Assembly (NCBI RefSeq): GCF_030699305.1
Contig: NZ_JAUYNB010000031.1
Coordinates: 6,492-70,491, forward strand
Direction: 5' to 3'
From: Novosphingobium sp.
GTDB lineage: Bacteria; Pseudomonadota; Alphaproteobacteria; Sphingomonadales; Sphingomonadaceae
DNA: 64,000 nt
Shown here: positions 39,122 to 49,705 of the stretch, piece by piece
Numbering within the stretch: position 1 is the stretch's first letter
How the letters are laid out: the number at the start of each line of letters is the position of its first letter
Position numbers and translations under genes: made by a program
Notes under the pieces: generated by a model
What the model was told of the DNA's origin: nothing
The model's database searches: none
What the model saw: only the letters and a program-made list of their open reading frames with translations

Positions 39122-39391
39122 ATGTCGATCTCGGCAGAAAAGAAGCAGGAAGTCATCAGCAGCAACGCCCGTGCATCGGGTGATACGGGGTCGCCGGAAG
39201 TTCAGGTAGCCATCCTGACCAGCCGCATCCTGACGCTGACGGAGCACTTCAAGGCTCACCACAAGGACAACCATTCGCGCCGCGGCCTGTTGATGATGGT
39301 CAACAAGCGCCGTTCGCTGCTCGATTACCTGAAGCGCAAGGATGTCGATCGCTATAATGCGCTCATCGCAAAGCTCGGCCTGCGCAAGTAA
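39122..39391 (+). CDS. rpsO: 30S ribosomal protein S15
   Basis: [23 protein letters not shown]. Confidence 0.98.
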   Translation: MSISAEKKQEVISSNARASGDTGSPEVQVAILTSRILTLTEHFKAHHKDNHSRRGLLMMVNKRRSLLDYLKRKDVDRYNALIAKLGLRK

Positions 39392-39400
39392 GGTAAAGCG

Positions 39401-39433
39401 GAAGCGGCCCCAAGTGGGCCGCTTCTTGCATTT
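39401..39433 (+). terminator. Hairpin after rpsO (terminator/attenuator)
   Basis: GAAGCGGCCC-CAAGT-GGGCCGCTTC then TTGCATTT. Confidence 0.6.
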
Positions 39434-39555
39434 GGGTACCTCGCAATTCGGCGGGGGCCCAAGCGGGGCCAAAAGTGCCTCATACCGGACCGGGACGGAT
39501 TTACCCCGGCAGCAAAACCCGCGCGCAATAGGGCGCATGGGCTGAAGGAAACGAA

Positions 39556-41856
39556 ATGTTCGACGTCAAAACCGTATCCATGGAGTGGGGCGGAAAGACC
39601 CTCACGCTGGAAACCGGCCGCATTGCCCGTCAGGCTGACGGCGCGGTCCTCGCCACGTATGGCGAAACTGTCGTGCTGTGCGCTGTCACAGCCGCCAAGT
39701 CGGTGAAGGAAGGGCAGGATTTCTTCCCGCTCACCGTTCACTACCAGGAAAAGTTCTTCGCCGCCGGGCGTATCCCGGGCGGCTTCTTCAAGCGTGAACG
39801 CGGCGCGACGGAAAAGGAAACGCTGGTTTCCCGCCTGATCGACCGTCCGGTCCGCCCGCTGTTCCCCGAAGGTTTCTACAACGAAATCAACGTTATCGCC
39901 CAGGTTCTGAGCTATGACGGTGAAATCGAGCCCGACGTGCTGGCGATGATCGCCGCATCGGCTGCGCTGACCATTTCGGGCGTTCCGTTCATGGGCCCGA
40001 TCGGCGGTTGCCGCGTCGGCTATGTCGATGGCGAATACACCCTCAACCCGCGTCAGGACGTCGCCGCCGCCGGCGCGCTCGATCTGGTCGTTGCCGCCAC
40101 CGGTAATGCCGTGATGATGGTGGAATCGCAGGCCCGCGAACTGTCGGAAGAAATCATGCTCGGCGCCGTGATGTTCGCGCATGACGAATGCCGCAAGGTC
40201 GTGAACCTGATCATCGACCTGGCCGAAAAGGCTGCGAAGGAACCGTGGGACGTTGCCATTTCGGACAACACCGCGATCAAGGACAAGCTCAAGAAGCTGA
40301 TCGGCAAGGATATTGCCGCCGCTTACAAGCTGACCGACAAGTCCGAACGTTCGAACGCGCTCAACGCTGCCCGCGCCAAGGCCAAGGAAGCCTTCGCCAG
40401 CGAAGACGCCCAGACCCAGATGGTCGCGATGAAGTCGGTCAAGAAGGTCGAAGGCGACATCGTGCGCGGCGCGATCCTGAAGGACGGCACCCGCATCGAC
40501 GGGCGCAAGGTCAACCAGGTCCGCCCGATCGAAGCGATGGTCGGTCTGCTGCCGCGGACCCACGGTTCGTCGCTGTTCACCCGCGGTGAAACGCAGGCGA
40601 TCTGCACCACCACGCTGGGCACCAAGGACAGTGAACAGATGATCGACGGGTTGGAAGGTCTGTCGTATTCGAACTTCATGCTGCACTATAACTTCCCGCC
40701 GTACTCGGTTGGTGAAGTTGGCCGGTTCGGCGCTCCCAGCCGCCGCGACACCGGTCACGGCAAGCTGGCATGGCGCGCGCTGCAGGCGGTGCTGCCCAGC
40801 AAGGAAGAGTTCCCTTATACGATCCGCGTTGTTTCTGACATTACCGAGTCCAACGGTTCGTCCTCGATGGCGACCGTCTGCGGCGGCGCGCTGTCGATGA
40901 TGGACGCCGGTGTGCCGCTGGCGCGTCCGGTTTCGGGCATCGCGATGGGCCTGATCCTGGAAGGTGACAAGTTCACCGTGCTGTCCGACATTCTGGGTGA
41001 CGAAGACCACCTGGGCGACATGGACTTCAAGGTCGCCGGCACGTCCGAAGGCATCACCACGATGCAGATGGACATTAAGGTTGCCGGGATCACCAAGGAA
41101 ATCTTCTCGGCCGCGCTCAATCAGGCCAAGGAAGGCCGCGCGCACATCCTGGGTGAAATGACCAAGGCGCTGGGTTCGGCCCGCACCGAACTGTCGGCTC
41201 ATGCTCCGCGCATCGAGACGTTGCAGATCGACAAGTCGAAGATCCGTGACATCATCGGCACCGGCGGCAAGGTGATCCGCGAAATCGTGGCCACCACCGG
41301 CGCGAAGGTCGATATCGACGATGAAGGTCTGATCAAGATCAGCTCGTCCGACCTGACCCAGATCGAAGCGGCGCGTCAGTGGATCCTCGGCATTGTCGAG
41401 GAAGCCGAAGTGGGCAAGGTCTATGACGGCAAGGTCGTGACCATCGTCGATTTCGGTGCGTTCGTGAACTTCATGGGCGGCAAGGACGGCCTCGTCCACG
41501 TCTCTGAAATGCGCAACGAACGTGTTGAAAAGCCGACCGACGTCGTGTCCGAAGGCCAGGCCGTGAAGGTCAAGGTTCTCGAAATCGATCCGCGCGGCAA
41601 GGTTCGCCTGTCGATGCGCGTTGTCGATCAGGAAACCGGCGCTGAACTGGAAGACACCCGTCCGGCCCGCGAACCGCGTGAACCGCGCGGTGATCGTGGT
41701 GATCGCGGCGATCGGGGCGGTGATCGCCGTCCGCGCCGTGACGGCGACCGTGGCGGTCGCGGTGGGGACCGTGGTCCGCGCCGTGACGGTGGCCCGCGTC
41801 GTGAAGAGGGCGGCAACCCGGATCACATTCCGGCGTTCCTCAAGTCGGACGACTGA
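39556..41856 (+). CDS. pnp: Polyribonucleotide nucleotidyltransferase
   Basis: [42 protein letters not shown]1 domains. Confidence 0.98.
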   Translation: MFDVKTVSMEWGGKTLTLETGRIARQADGAVLATYGETVVLCAVTAAKSVKEGQDFFPLTVHYQEKFFAAGRIPGGFFKRERGATEKETLVSRLIDRPVRPLFPEGFYNEINVIAQVLSYDGEIEPDVLAMIAASAALTISGVPFMGPIGGCRVGYVDGEYTLNPRQDVAAAGALDLVVAATGNAVMMVESQARELSEEIMLGAVMFAHDECRKVVNLIIDLAEKAAKEPWDVAISDNTAIKDKLKKLIGKDIAAAYKLTDKSERSNALNAARAKAKEAFASEDAQTQMVAMKSVKKVEGDIVRGAILKDGTRIDGRKVNQVRPIEAMVGLLPRTHGSSLFTRGETQAICTTTLGTKDSEQMIDGLEGLSYSNFMLHYNFPPYSVGEVGRFGAPSRRDTGHGKLAWRALQAVLPSKEEFPYTIRVVSDITESNGSSSMATVCGGALSMMDAGVPLARPVSGIAMGLILEGDKFTVLSDILGDEDHLGDMDFKVAGTSEGITTMQMDIKVAGITKEIFSAALNQAKEGRAHILGEMTKALGSARTELSAHAPRIETLQIDKSKIRDIIGTGGKVIREIVATTGAKVDIDDEGLIKISSSDLTQIEAARQWILGIVEEAEVGKVYDGKVVTIVDFGAFVNFMGGKDGLVHVSEMRNERVEKPTDVVSEGQAVKVKVLEIDPRGKVRLSMRVVDQETGAELEDTRPAREPREPRGDRGDRGDRGGDRRPRRDGDRGGRGGDRGPRRDGGPRREEGGNPDHIPAFLKSDD

Positions 41857-41884
41857 GCTTCAGTCTAACCGGTTGAAAAACAGG

Positions 41885-41912
41885 AAGGGGGTCGCGCTGC
41901 GGCCCCCTTTTT
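41885..41912 (+). terminator. Rho-independent terminator
   Basis: AAGGGGGTCGC-GCT-GCGGCCCCCTT TTT. Confidence 0.85.
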
Positions 41913-41981
41913 GCTTGCGCTTTGCCGCCGCGCTCTGGAAACTGGCCGCAGTTCGCGCGCGTCTGGTTCCGGAGTATTCGA

Positions 41982-44093
41982 ATGAAGCGGAAAGTCATGT
42001 GGTCGGCAGCCGGGGCAGGGTTGCTGGCAGCTTCGGGCGTGGCATGGGCCTGCGCGGATTTCAGCTGCTCGCCCAGCTGGAAACTGGGTTCGACCAGCCA
42101 TGATTGCGCCAGCAATGCGGTGCTGTCCCCCGGCAACGACAGCCGCGTCAACCTGCTGTTCCTGCTGCGCGGCAAGGCTGGTCTGGGCGTCGATGCGGCC
42201 AAATATCCGGCGCTGGAATACGAATCCGGCGGGTATGGCCGCAACTTTGTCGACTGGCAGCTGCTGAACGAAAGCCTCTATCCCAAACCGCCCCGCGCCG
42301 AGGATGATGAGGGCTCCGACTTCGCCGGTTCGCGCTGCATCAGTCTGAACACCGGGACGCCCGCGTTCCTTTCCGCGCTGAACGCCAACCCGGCGCTGGC
42401 GGCCAGAGAACGCAGCGCGCTGGGCACGGCCCGTCAACGGCTGGAGCAGACCTGCCGCAGCGATGACACGGCCGGGGCCACCTGGCCCGCCGACCTGTCC
42501 AGCCCCGCCGCCAAGGCGTTCCTTGGGTACCTTCAGGCCTCCGACGCGTTCTATGCGGAGCGGTGGGCTGAGGCGGAGCAGGGCTTTGCCGCGCTGGCGC
42601 AGGCACCCGATCCGTGGGTGCGAGAAACCGCTGCCTATATGCTCGGTCGGGTCAACCTGAACGCCGCGCAGGCCAAGTCGTTTGACGAATACGGCTGGTA
42701 TGAAGGCCTCAAAACCATCGAACAGACCGCTGTGACGCGCGCCAAGGCGCAGCTGGCGGCCTATCTCAAGGCGTGGCCGAACGGCCGCTATGCCGTCTCG
42801 GCCACCGGCTTGCAGCGCCGTGCGCTGTGGCTGGAAGGGAACACCACGGGGCTGGCGGCGGAATATGCCCGCCTGTTGGGCAGCGTTCCGGCGGGGAGCG
42901 CGGAAGCGGCCCGGTTGGTCGAGGAAATTGACAACAAGCTGCTGTTTGCGGGGGACCGCCCGGCTGCGGCCAGCGGGCCGTTGCTGCTGGCCGCGCTCGA
43001 TCTGGTGCAGATGCGTGATCCGGTGACGGAAGAGGGTGCGGCGGCACCCGGCGGGTTGACCGAGGCGGACCTCGCCGCGCAGGCCCCCGCCTTTGCCGGA
43101 GAGCCGGAACTGTACGGCTTCGTCCAGGCCAGCCACGCGTTTTATGTCCAGAAGGACTATCGCAAGGTGCTGACCCTGATCCCGGACGATGCGCGGCGCA
43201 GCGACTATGCGCCGGTTGCGTTCAGCCGCCAGGTGCTGCGCGGGATGGCGCTTTCGGCGCTGGGTGATCGCAACACCGGCGGGTTCTGGCGCGAGTTGCT
43301 GGGCGGCGCGAATGCGTTGTGGCAGCGGCCGACGGTGGAACTGGGGCTGGCGCTGCACATGGAACGCGGCGGACAGATCGCGCAGGTCTTTGCCAAGGAT
43401 TCGCCGGTGCAGGACACCACGATCCGCAAGATCCTGCTGACCCATTCCGCCGGTCCCGCCGTGCTGCGCAGCGCTGCGCAAGATGGCGCGCACCCGCAGG
43501 CGGAACGCGATGCGGCGCTGTTCACGCTGCTGTATAAGCAGCTGACGCGCGGCGATTACGCCGGGTTTGTCGCCAATCGCCCGCTGGTTCCGGTAAGCGC
43601 CAGCAAGGACGCCGGACTGTGGAACTTTACCGAGCAGGAAACGATCCCCGTCGGCCTGTTTGCCAAGGGCCGCTGGTCTGACGGCTATCCCTGCCAGTCG
43701 ATCACCGTCACCGCGCAGAAGCTGGCGGAGAACTCGCAGGACACCGCCGCGCAGCTGTGCCTGGGTGATTTCCTGCGGCTTAACGCGTTCGACGGCTGGA
43801 ACGAGCTCGACGACAGCCCGGACAAGGATGAACTGGGCGGGGCGGCGCGCGATTTTGCGGGTAAGCCGCTGACGCGTGAGGCGATCTATTCGGGCATCAT
43901 CGCCAACCGCGCCGCGCCCGCGAACGACCGCGCCTATGCGCTCTACCGGATGGTCAATTGCTATGCCCCGTCGGGCTATAACGGCTGTGGCGGCACGGAC
44001 GCGGAAGTCAGCCAGCGCAAGGCGTGGTTCACCCAGCTGAAGCGGGAATACCCGTCCAGTCCGTGGGCCAAGAAGCTGCGCGTCTATTGGTAA
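41982..44093 (+). CDS. Large secreted Cys-containing alpha-helical (TPR-like) hypothetical protein
   Basis: Signal peptide ending AWA-C, LSPGNDSRVNL, repeated helical units, C-terminal CYAPSGYNGCGG...WAKKLRVYW; overlaps the next gene. Confidence 0.75.
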   Translation: MKRKVMWSAAGAGLLAASGVAWACADFSCSPSWKLGSTSHDCASNAVLSPGNDSRVNLLFLLRGKAGLGVDAAKYPALEYESGGYGRNFVDWQLLNESLYPKPPRAEDDEGSDFAGSRCISLNTGTPAFLSALNANPALAARERSALGTARQRLEQTCRSDDTAGATWPADLSSPAAKAFLGYLQASDAFYAERWAEAEQGFAALAQAPDPWVRETAAYMLGRVNLNAAQAKSFDEYGWYEGLKTIEQTAVTRAKAQLAAYLKAWPNGRYAVSATGLQRRALWLEGNTTGLAAEYARLLGSVPAGSAEAARLVEEIDNKLLFAGDRPAAASGPLLLAALDLVQMRDPVTEEGAAAPGGLTEADLAAQAPAFAGEPELYGFVQASHAFYVQKDYRKVLTLIPDDARRSDYAPVAFSRQVLRGMALSALGDRNTGGFWRELLGGANALWQRPTVELGLALHMERGGQIAQVFAKDSPVQDTTIRKILLTHSAGPAVLRSAAQDGAHPQAERDAALFTLLYKQLTRGDYAGFVANRPLVPVSASKDAGLWNFTEQETIPVGLFAKGRWSDGYPCQSITVTAQKLAENSQDTAAQLCLGDFLRLNAFDGWNELDDSPDKDELGGAARDFAGKPLTREAIYSGIIANRAAPANDRAYALYRMVNCYAPSGYNGCGGTDAEVSQRKAWFTQLKREYPSSPWAKKLRVYW

Positions 44094-44824
44094 GCGGGCG
44101 CTGGAACATCGCCTTGCTGGCGGCGCTGGCGCTGCTGGCGGGGTGCGGGGACCGGTCCGGTGCGCCGGGGGCAGAGCGCCGGGTCGATCCGGCGGACTAC
44201 ACGTCGTTCTTCCTGTGGGCCGGGGTAAAGCCGCCGCCGGAGCTGGCCCGCGCGGCGGAAATCTATATCCTGAACGGCGAGGTGAAGGCGGATGATCCTG
44301 ATCGCTTCGTGCCGATGCGCGCCGGGGTGCCGCGGCTGCCCGGCAAGCAGGTCTGGCTGGTGGTCCGCGCGGCGCGGCTCGACTGGGGCGAGGGGGTGCA
44401 CCGCGCGCTGCTGACCGATCTGGCGCGCTGGGACGGCGCGGGCAATGCGGTGGCAGGACTACAGGTTGATTTCGATGCGGCGACGCGCGGACTGGATGGC
44501 TATGCCGATTTCCTGACGGCGCTGCGCCAGCGCCTGCCCGCACGCTACAAGCTGTCGGTCACCGGGCTGATGGACTGGAGCGCGCATGGCGATCCCGCCG
44601 CGCTCGCCCGGCTGGCGGGGATCGTCGATGAAGTGGTGGTGCAATCCTATCAGGGGCGCAGCACGATCCCCGGCTATGCGGCTTACCTGAACCGGCTGGC
44701 GCGCGTGCCAATCCCGCACAAGGTCGCGCTGGTGCAGGGCGGGGAATGGCAGGAACCGGCGGCGCTGCGCAGCGATCCGGGCTTTCGGGGCTATGTCGTG
44801 TTTCTGGTCAACCCGGCGGATTGA
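44087..44824 (+). CDS. DUF3142-like lipoprotein (TIM-barrel, GH18-like)
   Basis: Lipobox LLAGC, GLQVDFDAAT, LSVTGLMDWS, VDEVVVQSYQG; TTG start inferred. Confidence 0.75.
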   Translation: MVSGRWNIALLAALALLAGCGDRSGAPGAERRVDPADYTSFFLWAGVKPPPELARAAEIYILNGEVKADDPDRFVPMRAGVPRLPGKQVWLVVRAARLDWGEGVHRALLTDLARWDGAGNAVAGLQVDFDAATRGLDGYADFLTALRQRLPARYKLSVTGLMDWSAHGDPAALARLAGIVDEVVVQSYQGRSTIPGYAAYLNRLARVPIPHKVALVQGGEWQEPAALRSDPGFRGYVVFLVNPAD

Positions 44825-45959
44825 CGTCATCGGGCTGCGCGACCTCGATCCGGTTGCGGCCGGACTGCTTGGCCCGGTAGAGCGCGGCATCGGCCGCTTT
44901 GAGCGCCGCGCGGCGATCGGGAAAGGCGAACACGTCCGCAATCCCGGCTGAAAAGGTGATCTGGCCGAACGGCACGTCCGTTGCCCGGTTGACCAGCCGC
45001 CGTTCGGCCAGTTGTACGCGCAGGGCATCCAGCTTGGCAAAGGCATCGGCCAGCGGAGTATCGCGGAACAGCACGACGAATTCCTCGCCCCCGTGACGGG
45101 CCACATGGCAGCGTTCATCGGAAATCCGGCTGAGGCTTTCGGCCACCAGTTGCAGCACGAAGTCGCCCGCATCGTGACCGTGCGAATCGTTGATCCGCTT
45201 GAAATTGTCGATGTCGAAAAAGGCTACGCAGAGCGGTTCGGCGGCAGCGAGGGCCTGACGGTATTCTTCGTCAAATCGTGTTTCGAACGCGCGGCGGTTG
45301 GGCAAGCCGGTCAGGTGGTCTTCCTCGCACTTGCGGCGGGTTTCGGCCAGCCGCCGCTTGAGAACGCGAGTCTGCGCTTTGCTGCGGACCATCTGCCGTT
45401 CAATGTCGCGGGTGCGTTTCAGCATGACCTTGGCGATTGTCGCCAGCTCTGAAATCACCGCTCCGGCAGCGGTAACCTGTTCCAGCTCGGTCACGTGCTC
45501 TTCCAGCGCGGTGTTGTAATCGTTGGTGGTCTGCTGGGCGTCGTGGCTGGTCTTGCTGAAATCCTCGATGCTGACTTCCAGCCGCCGCATCAGCTGGGTC
45601 AGAACGGCCAGTTCATCGCTGCGTTCGCTGCGCGAGAGGACATCCTCGATCCAGTCGAGCGTTACCGGCTGGCGCGCCTGCATCTGCCGGTCGATCGATC
45701 GGGCCAGCTGCGGATCGGCACCGGACAGATAGTTGAAGGCGATGGTCAGCGTCTGCGCGGTGACTTCGAGGTGGTGATAGGACAGGAACGAGCCAATCTC
45801 ATCCAGCATGCGCTGGCGCTGGGCATCGCGGCGCTCCCGGCGGTCTTGCCCGGCGGGGACATCGACCAGCGGGGTCGCGGGTTCGGGGCGATGGCCAAGG
45901 CCCAGCCAGCTGAGAAGATCGCTGACGGGGCGGTGGAGTGATGGATCATGGGCGGTCAT
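44808..45959 (-). CDS. Diguanylate cyclase (GGDEF)
   Basis: DHLTGLPNRR, FDIDNFKRINDSHGHDAGD, RHGGEEF, ALYRAKQSGRN. Confidence 0.93.
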   Translation of the reverse strand: MTAHDPSLHRPVSDLLSWLGLGHRPEPATPLVDVPAGQDRRERRDAQRQRMLDEIGSFLSYHHLEVTAQTLTIAFNYLSGADPQLARSIDRQMQARQPVTLDWIEDVLSRSERSDELAVLTQLMRRLEVSIEDFSKTSHDAQQTTNDYNTALEEHVTELEQVTAAGAVISELATIAKVMLKRTRDIERQMVRSKAQTRVLKRRLAETRRKCEEDHLTGLPNRRAFETRFDEEYRQALAAAEPLCVAFFDIDNFKRINDSHGHDAGDFVLQLVAESLSRISDERCHVARHGGEEFVVLFRDTPLADAFAKLDALRVQLAERRLVNRATDVPFGQITFSAGIADVFAFPDRRAALKAADAALYRAKQSGRNRIEVAQPDDVNPPG

Positions 45960-46029
45960 GCCTTGGTTAACGGCGGCTTGCCGGGATTTTTAAGCCCGGC
46001 AAGGCCGAAAGACCGCTGATCGGGCCGGC

Positions 46030-46752
46030 TTAGCGGACGCGCGGACCGCCAAACGGCAGCGGCGGCGGCGGGCGGCGATGTCCGCGCGGCAACTGGGCCT
46101 GGAACGCGCGGCCGCAGTGTTCGACGCAATAGGGGAAGCCGGGGTTCACCTTTTCGCCGCAAAAGTGAAAGTCCGCTTCACCCGGATGGCCCATCGGCCA
46201 GCGGCAGATCCGGTCGTTCAGGTCGAGCAGGCCGGTCTTGTCGGCGATTTCCGGGCTGGGCTTGGCCGGGACCAGGCGGCGCGGCGGGGCGGGCGGGATC
46301 GGGGCCTGCTGATCGCCAGGGCCCTGGCGCAGAAAGCCGCCGGGGCCGACCGAAACGATGCGCGGCTGCGGCGCGGCGGGCGGGGCGTCGCCCGCTGCGG
46401 GGGCCGCAGCGGCAGCAGCAGCGGGGGCTGCGGCCGCACGCGGGGCTGCCGCCGCCGGGAACACTGCCGGAGATGGTGCAGCAGCGCGCGGCGGCGCGGC
46501 TGCAACGCGCGGCGCAACCGGTTCCGCCGCAGGTTTTACGGCTTTGGCCGGGGCCGGGGTGGCGGCCGACTTGTCGCCGGGCTTTTCATTCGCCTTTACG
46601 GGCGAGGGGCGCGCTTTCAGCCCCAGACGATGCGCCTTGCCGATCACGGCATTGCGGCTGACGCCGCCAAGCTCCTCCGCGATCTGGCTGGCGGTGGAGC
46701 CGCCTTCCCACATCTTGGTCAGCTTTTCGATCCGTTCGTCGGTCCAGCTCAT
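46030..46752 (-). CDS. gcrA: Cell-cycle regulator GcrA
   Basis: MSWTDERIEKL, SRNAVIGKAHRLGL, CRWPMGHP, FCG, YCVEH. Confidence 0.95.
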   Translation of the reverse strand: MSWTDERIEKLTKMWEGGSTASQIAEELGGVSRNAVIGKAHRLGLKARPSPVKANEKPGDKSAATPAPAKAVKPAAEPVAPRVAAAPPRAAAPSPAVFPAAAAPRAAAAPAAAAAAAPAAGDAPPAAPQPRIVSVGPGGFLRQGPGDQQAPIPPAPPRRLVPAKPSPEIADKTGLLDLNDRICRWPMGHPGEADFHFCGEKVNPGFPYCVEHCGRAFQAQLPRGHRRPPPPLPFGGPRVR

Positions 46753-46830
46753 TCCCTGTCCACTTCCTTGCGGGGCCGATACCGTGTGTCCCGCTTGCCA
46801 CATTGAAGGCAAGGCGATAGTCGCCACAGC

Positions 46831-47721
46831 ATGGCCGATCAACCTGTTCCTGCACCCGCAGCTTCGTCTGCCCATCTTCCCGAACCGGGTGTGGGACAAC
46901 GCAACTTTCCGGCGCAGGGAGTGCCCGTGATCCACCGGATCAACCGGTTGGGGCTCTGGACCCTCTATATGAAGGAAGTGCGCCGATTTTTCAAGGTGCA
47001 GACCCAGACGATCTGGGCACCGGCCGTTACCACCCTGCTGTTTCTGGTGATCTTCACGGTCGCGCTGGGACGTGAAGGGCGGATGGTGCTGGGTGTGAAC
47101 TTCGCCACGTTCGTCGCGCCGGGGCTGATCGTGATGGGGATGATGCAGAATGCCTTTGCCAATGCCAGCTTCAGTTTTCTGGCGGGCAAGATCCAGGGCA
47201 CGATCATCGATTACCTGATGCCGCCGCTGTCCGAGGGCGAACTGATGCTGGCAATGACCGGCGCAGCGGTCACGCGCGCGGTGCTGGTGGGCCTCGCGCT
47301 GTATGGTGCAATGCTGCTGTGGCCGGATGTGCACCTGACGATGGCGCACCCTTGGGCGGTGGCGTGGTTTGGCCTGATGGGTTCGATCATGCTGGCGCTG
47401 GTCGGGCTGATGACGTCGCTCTGGGCCGAAAAGTTCGATCATAACGCTGCGGTCACCAACTTCGTGATCGCGCCGCTGTCGCTGCTGTCGGGCACGTTCT
47501 ATGTGATCGACAACCTGGCTCCGCTGTTTCAGACGATCAGCCGCCTGAACCCGTTTTTCTATGTCATTTCCGGCTTCCGCTTCGGCTTTCTGGGGCAGAG
47601 CGATATCGGCGATACCAACCTGGCGGTGCTGCACGGCGCGGTCGGGCTGGGCGTGCTGAACGTGGTGCTGGCGCTGGTGCTGTATCGCCTGCTTCGCAGC
47701 GGCTGGAAACTGAAGAGCTGA
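46831..47721 (+). CDS. ABC-2 type transporter permease
   Basis: LYMKEVRRF, FVAPGLIVM, PLSLLSGTFY, NPFFYVISGFR. Confidence 0.9.
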   Translation: MADQPVPAPAASSAHLPEPGVGQRNFPAQGVPVIHRINRLGLWTLYMKEVRRFFKVQTQTIWAPAVTTLLFLVIFTVALGREGRMVLGVNFATFVAPGLIVMGMMQNAFANASFSFLAGKIQGTIIDYLMPPLSEGELMLAMTGAAVTRAVLVGLALYGAMLLWPDVHLTMAHPWAVAWFGLMGSIMLALVGLMTSLWAEKFDHNAAVTNFVIAPLSLLSGTFYVIDNLAPLFQTISRLNPFFYVISGFRFGFLGQSDIGDTNLAVLHGAVGLGVLNVVLALVLYRLLRSGWKLKS

Positions 47722-47766
47722 TCCCCGCCGGTTTCGCATTCAGCCAGTTCCGCTTGCCAGTGTCCT

Positions 47767-47785
47767 GACAATCGATAAGATTGTC
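47767..47785. promoter_or_regulatory. Inverted repeat GACAATC-N5-GATTGTC, putative operator
   Basis: Perfect 7-bp arms ~30 bp upstream of the oxidoreductase start. Confidence 0.45.
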
Positions 47786-47816
47786 GGTGAAGCATACAAA
47801 TGCACTGGAGAGAGAC

Positions 47817-48740
47817 ATGGCAACCGGCACCGCCGCCAGCACGGACTATGCGGCGATTGAGGCGGATGCGCGCGTTGCGCCCGCGCTGATCCGCTATCTG
47901 GGGGACGGCGATTACATCACCCGGCGCTATGTCAGCTGCGGCGCGGAAATGAACACCGGGGATTACGTCGATCATCCGATGCCGGTGCGTGACGGGATGC
48001 CGATCCGCGATCACTTCACGCTGGATACCCATGGCTTCATGCTGGGCAAGTGGCCTGCCCCGGTGGCGGACTTCGCGGATACCGGCGCGATCAACCTGCT
48101 CTACAACGCCGATGTGGAGCGCGCGGTTGCGGCGCTCACCGGGGCGAGCTTTGTCGCGGCGCAAGGCTGGATGATCCGGACATCGGCGGACCTGACCGCA
48201 CGCGCGCAGGAAAAGGTGGAAAATTACCAGCACGTCGGCGGCCTCCAGCCCCCGGCGGGCGAGGCGCATGTCGATTACAACCCGCTGACCGGTGAACGCA
48301 CGGGCGCACGGATTTATGCGGAGCGGCGGCCGGACGGGCCGGGCTACCGGCGGCACTGCTGCTTTTCGTTCTGGCGCACGTTCTCTCCGGGGCCGCAGGA
48401 CTGGCCGCTGGCGGTGATGGACGGGCGGTCCGTGGTGGGCGATGAAACCGCCAACAACACGCTGTTCGTGGTGGACGAGTTCCCGACTGGCGATGATCTG
48501 ATCGCGCCGGTTGCGGGCGAGGACCAGCGGGTCGCCGCGTCGATCTTTCGGTACCGCGCTGCCCACCGGTGGTGGTATTTTTCGAACATGGCGGCAGATG
48601 ATGTGCTGTTGTTCAAGTTCTATGACAGTGACCACGAGGTGACGTGGCGCTGCCCGCACACCGCGTTTCACGATACCAGCCTGCCAGATACCCGGACGCG
48701 CAACTCGATCGAGGTGCGCTGCATCGCATATTGGGAATAG
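47817..48740 (+). CDS. CmcJ/NvfI-family oxidoreductase
   Basis: AHVDY, FWR...DWPLAVMDGRSV, RWWYFSNM...VLLFKFYDS, PHTAF, RNSIEVR. Confidence 0.8.
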   Translation: MATGTAASTDYAAIEADARVAPALIRYLGDGDYITRRYVSCGAEMNTGDYVDHPMPVRDGMPIRDHFTLDTHGFMLGKWPAPVADFADTGAINLLYNADVERAVAALTGASFVAAQGWMIRTSADLTARAQEKVENYQHVGGLQPPAGEAHVDYNPLTGERTGARIYAERRPDGPGYRRHCCFSFWRTFSPGPQDWPLAVMDGRSVVGDETANNTLFVVDEFPTGDDLIAPVAGEDQRVAASIFRYRAAHRWWYFSNMAADDVLLFKFYDSDHEVTWRCPHTAFHDTSLPDTRTRNSIEVRCIAYWE

Positions 48741-48817
48741 GCCGCGATGACGCGGGATCGGGCACAACACTGCAACTTCACTTGGCGTTCAGGCTGGGGG
48801 TGGTTATAGGCCGTCCC

Positions 48818-49615
48818 ATGCACGCTCGTTCTCCGCTGAAGCTCGCCATTCTTGCCGCCGCCACTGTGGCGATTTCGCTGACCGCCGGTTGTGGCGGACG
48901 AGGCGGAAAGCCGCGCGACACCGCGTTTGTCGCGCGCGACGTCGATACGCTGTATCGCGCCGCGAAAGACCGGCTGGACCGGGGTGATACCCGCGTCGCC
49001 GCTGCGCTGTTTGATGAGGTCGAGCGTCAGCACCCCTATTCGCCCTGGGCGCGCCGGGCCCAGCTGATGAGCTCGTTCTCCTATTACGTGGCCAAGGATT
49101 ACAACAAATCCACGCAGGCCGCGCAGCGCTTTCTGGAAATTCACCCCGGCAACCGCGATGCACCCTATGCCTATTACCTGATCGCACTGTGCTATTACGA
49201 ACAGATCAGCGACGTGTCGCGCGATCAGAAGAACACGCTGCTGGCACTCAACGCGCTGAACGAAGTGGTCCGGCGCTATCCGGGCACCCGCTATGCGTCG
49301 GATGCGCGGCTGAAGATCGATCTGGTGAACGATCACCTGGCGGGCAAGGAAATGGAAATCGGCCGGTTCTATGAACGGTCGGGCCGCTGGCTGGCCGCAT
49401 CGCTGCGGTTCCGCACCGTGGTTGATCAATATCAGACCACCAGCCACACGCCTGAGGCGCTGTTCCGGATCGTGGAAACCAATCTGGCGATGGGCATTCC
49501 GGAAGAAGCGCAAAAGGCTGCTGCCGTGCTGGGATCGAACTATCCCGGCAGTGAATGGTATCAAAAGGCGTTCGACCTGATGCAGAAGCACGCGGCCGGA
49601 ACGCAGGTTTCGTAA
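48818..49615 (+). CDS. bamD: Outer membrane protein assembly factor BamD
   Basis: Lipobox LTAGC, EVERQHPYSPWARRAQLM, HLAGKEMEIGRFY. Confidence 0.95.
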   Translation: MHARSPLKLAILAAATVAISLTAGCGGRGGKPRDTAFVARDVDTLYRAAKDRLDRGDTRVAAALFDEVERQHPYSPWARRAQLMSSFSYYVAKDYNKSTQAAQRFLEIHPGNRDAPYAYYLIALCYYEQISDVSRDQKNTLLALNALNEVVRRYPGTRYASDARLKIDLVNDHLAGKEMEIGRFYERSGRWLAASLRFRTVVDQYQTTSHTPEALFRIVETNLAMGIPEEAQKAAAVLGSNYPGSEWYQKAFDLMQKHAAGTQVS

Positions 49616-49653
49616 GCGCTGCCATGCGGCAATAACGCCACAGGCCAAAACTT

Positions 49654-49672
49654 TCTACCCAGCCGGTTGACA
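49654..49672 (+). promoter_or_regulatory. Putative Rrf2 operator A (TCTACC-N6-GTTGACA)
   Basis: Upstream of the rrf2 gene; matches site B at 52224-52242. Confidence 0.5.
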
Positions 49673-49705
49673 TTTGGCGTGGGCGGGCGCTGATAAGCCC
49701 CGCTT

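Noticed and set aside
41660-41820. RGD/RD-rich repeats at the PNPase C-terminus; Pro/Ala tracts in IF2 and GcrA
   Set aside because: Low-complexity disordered regions typical of these alphaproteobacterial proteins
39352-41826. Long antisense ORFs (here and opposite infB, nusA, recN and the TBDRs)
   Set aside because: Shadow frames of high-GC coding genes with no recognisable motifs
45960-45975. CtrA site upstream of the diguanylate cyclase
   Set aside because: Only a half-site (TTAACC); no TTAA-N7-TTAA
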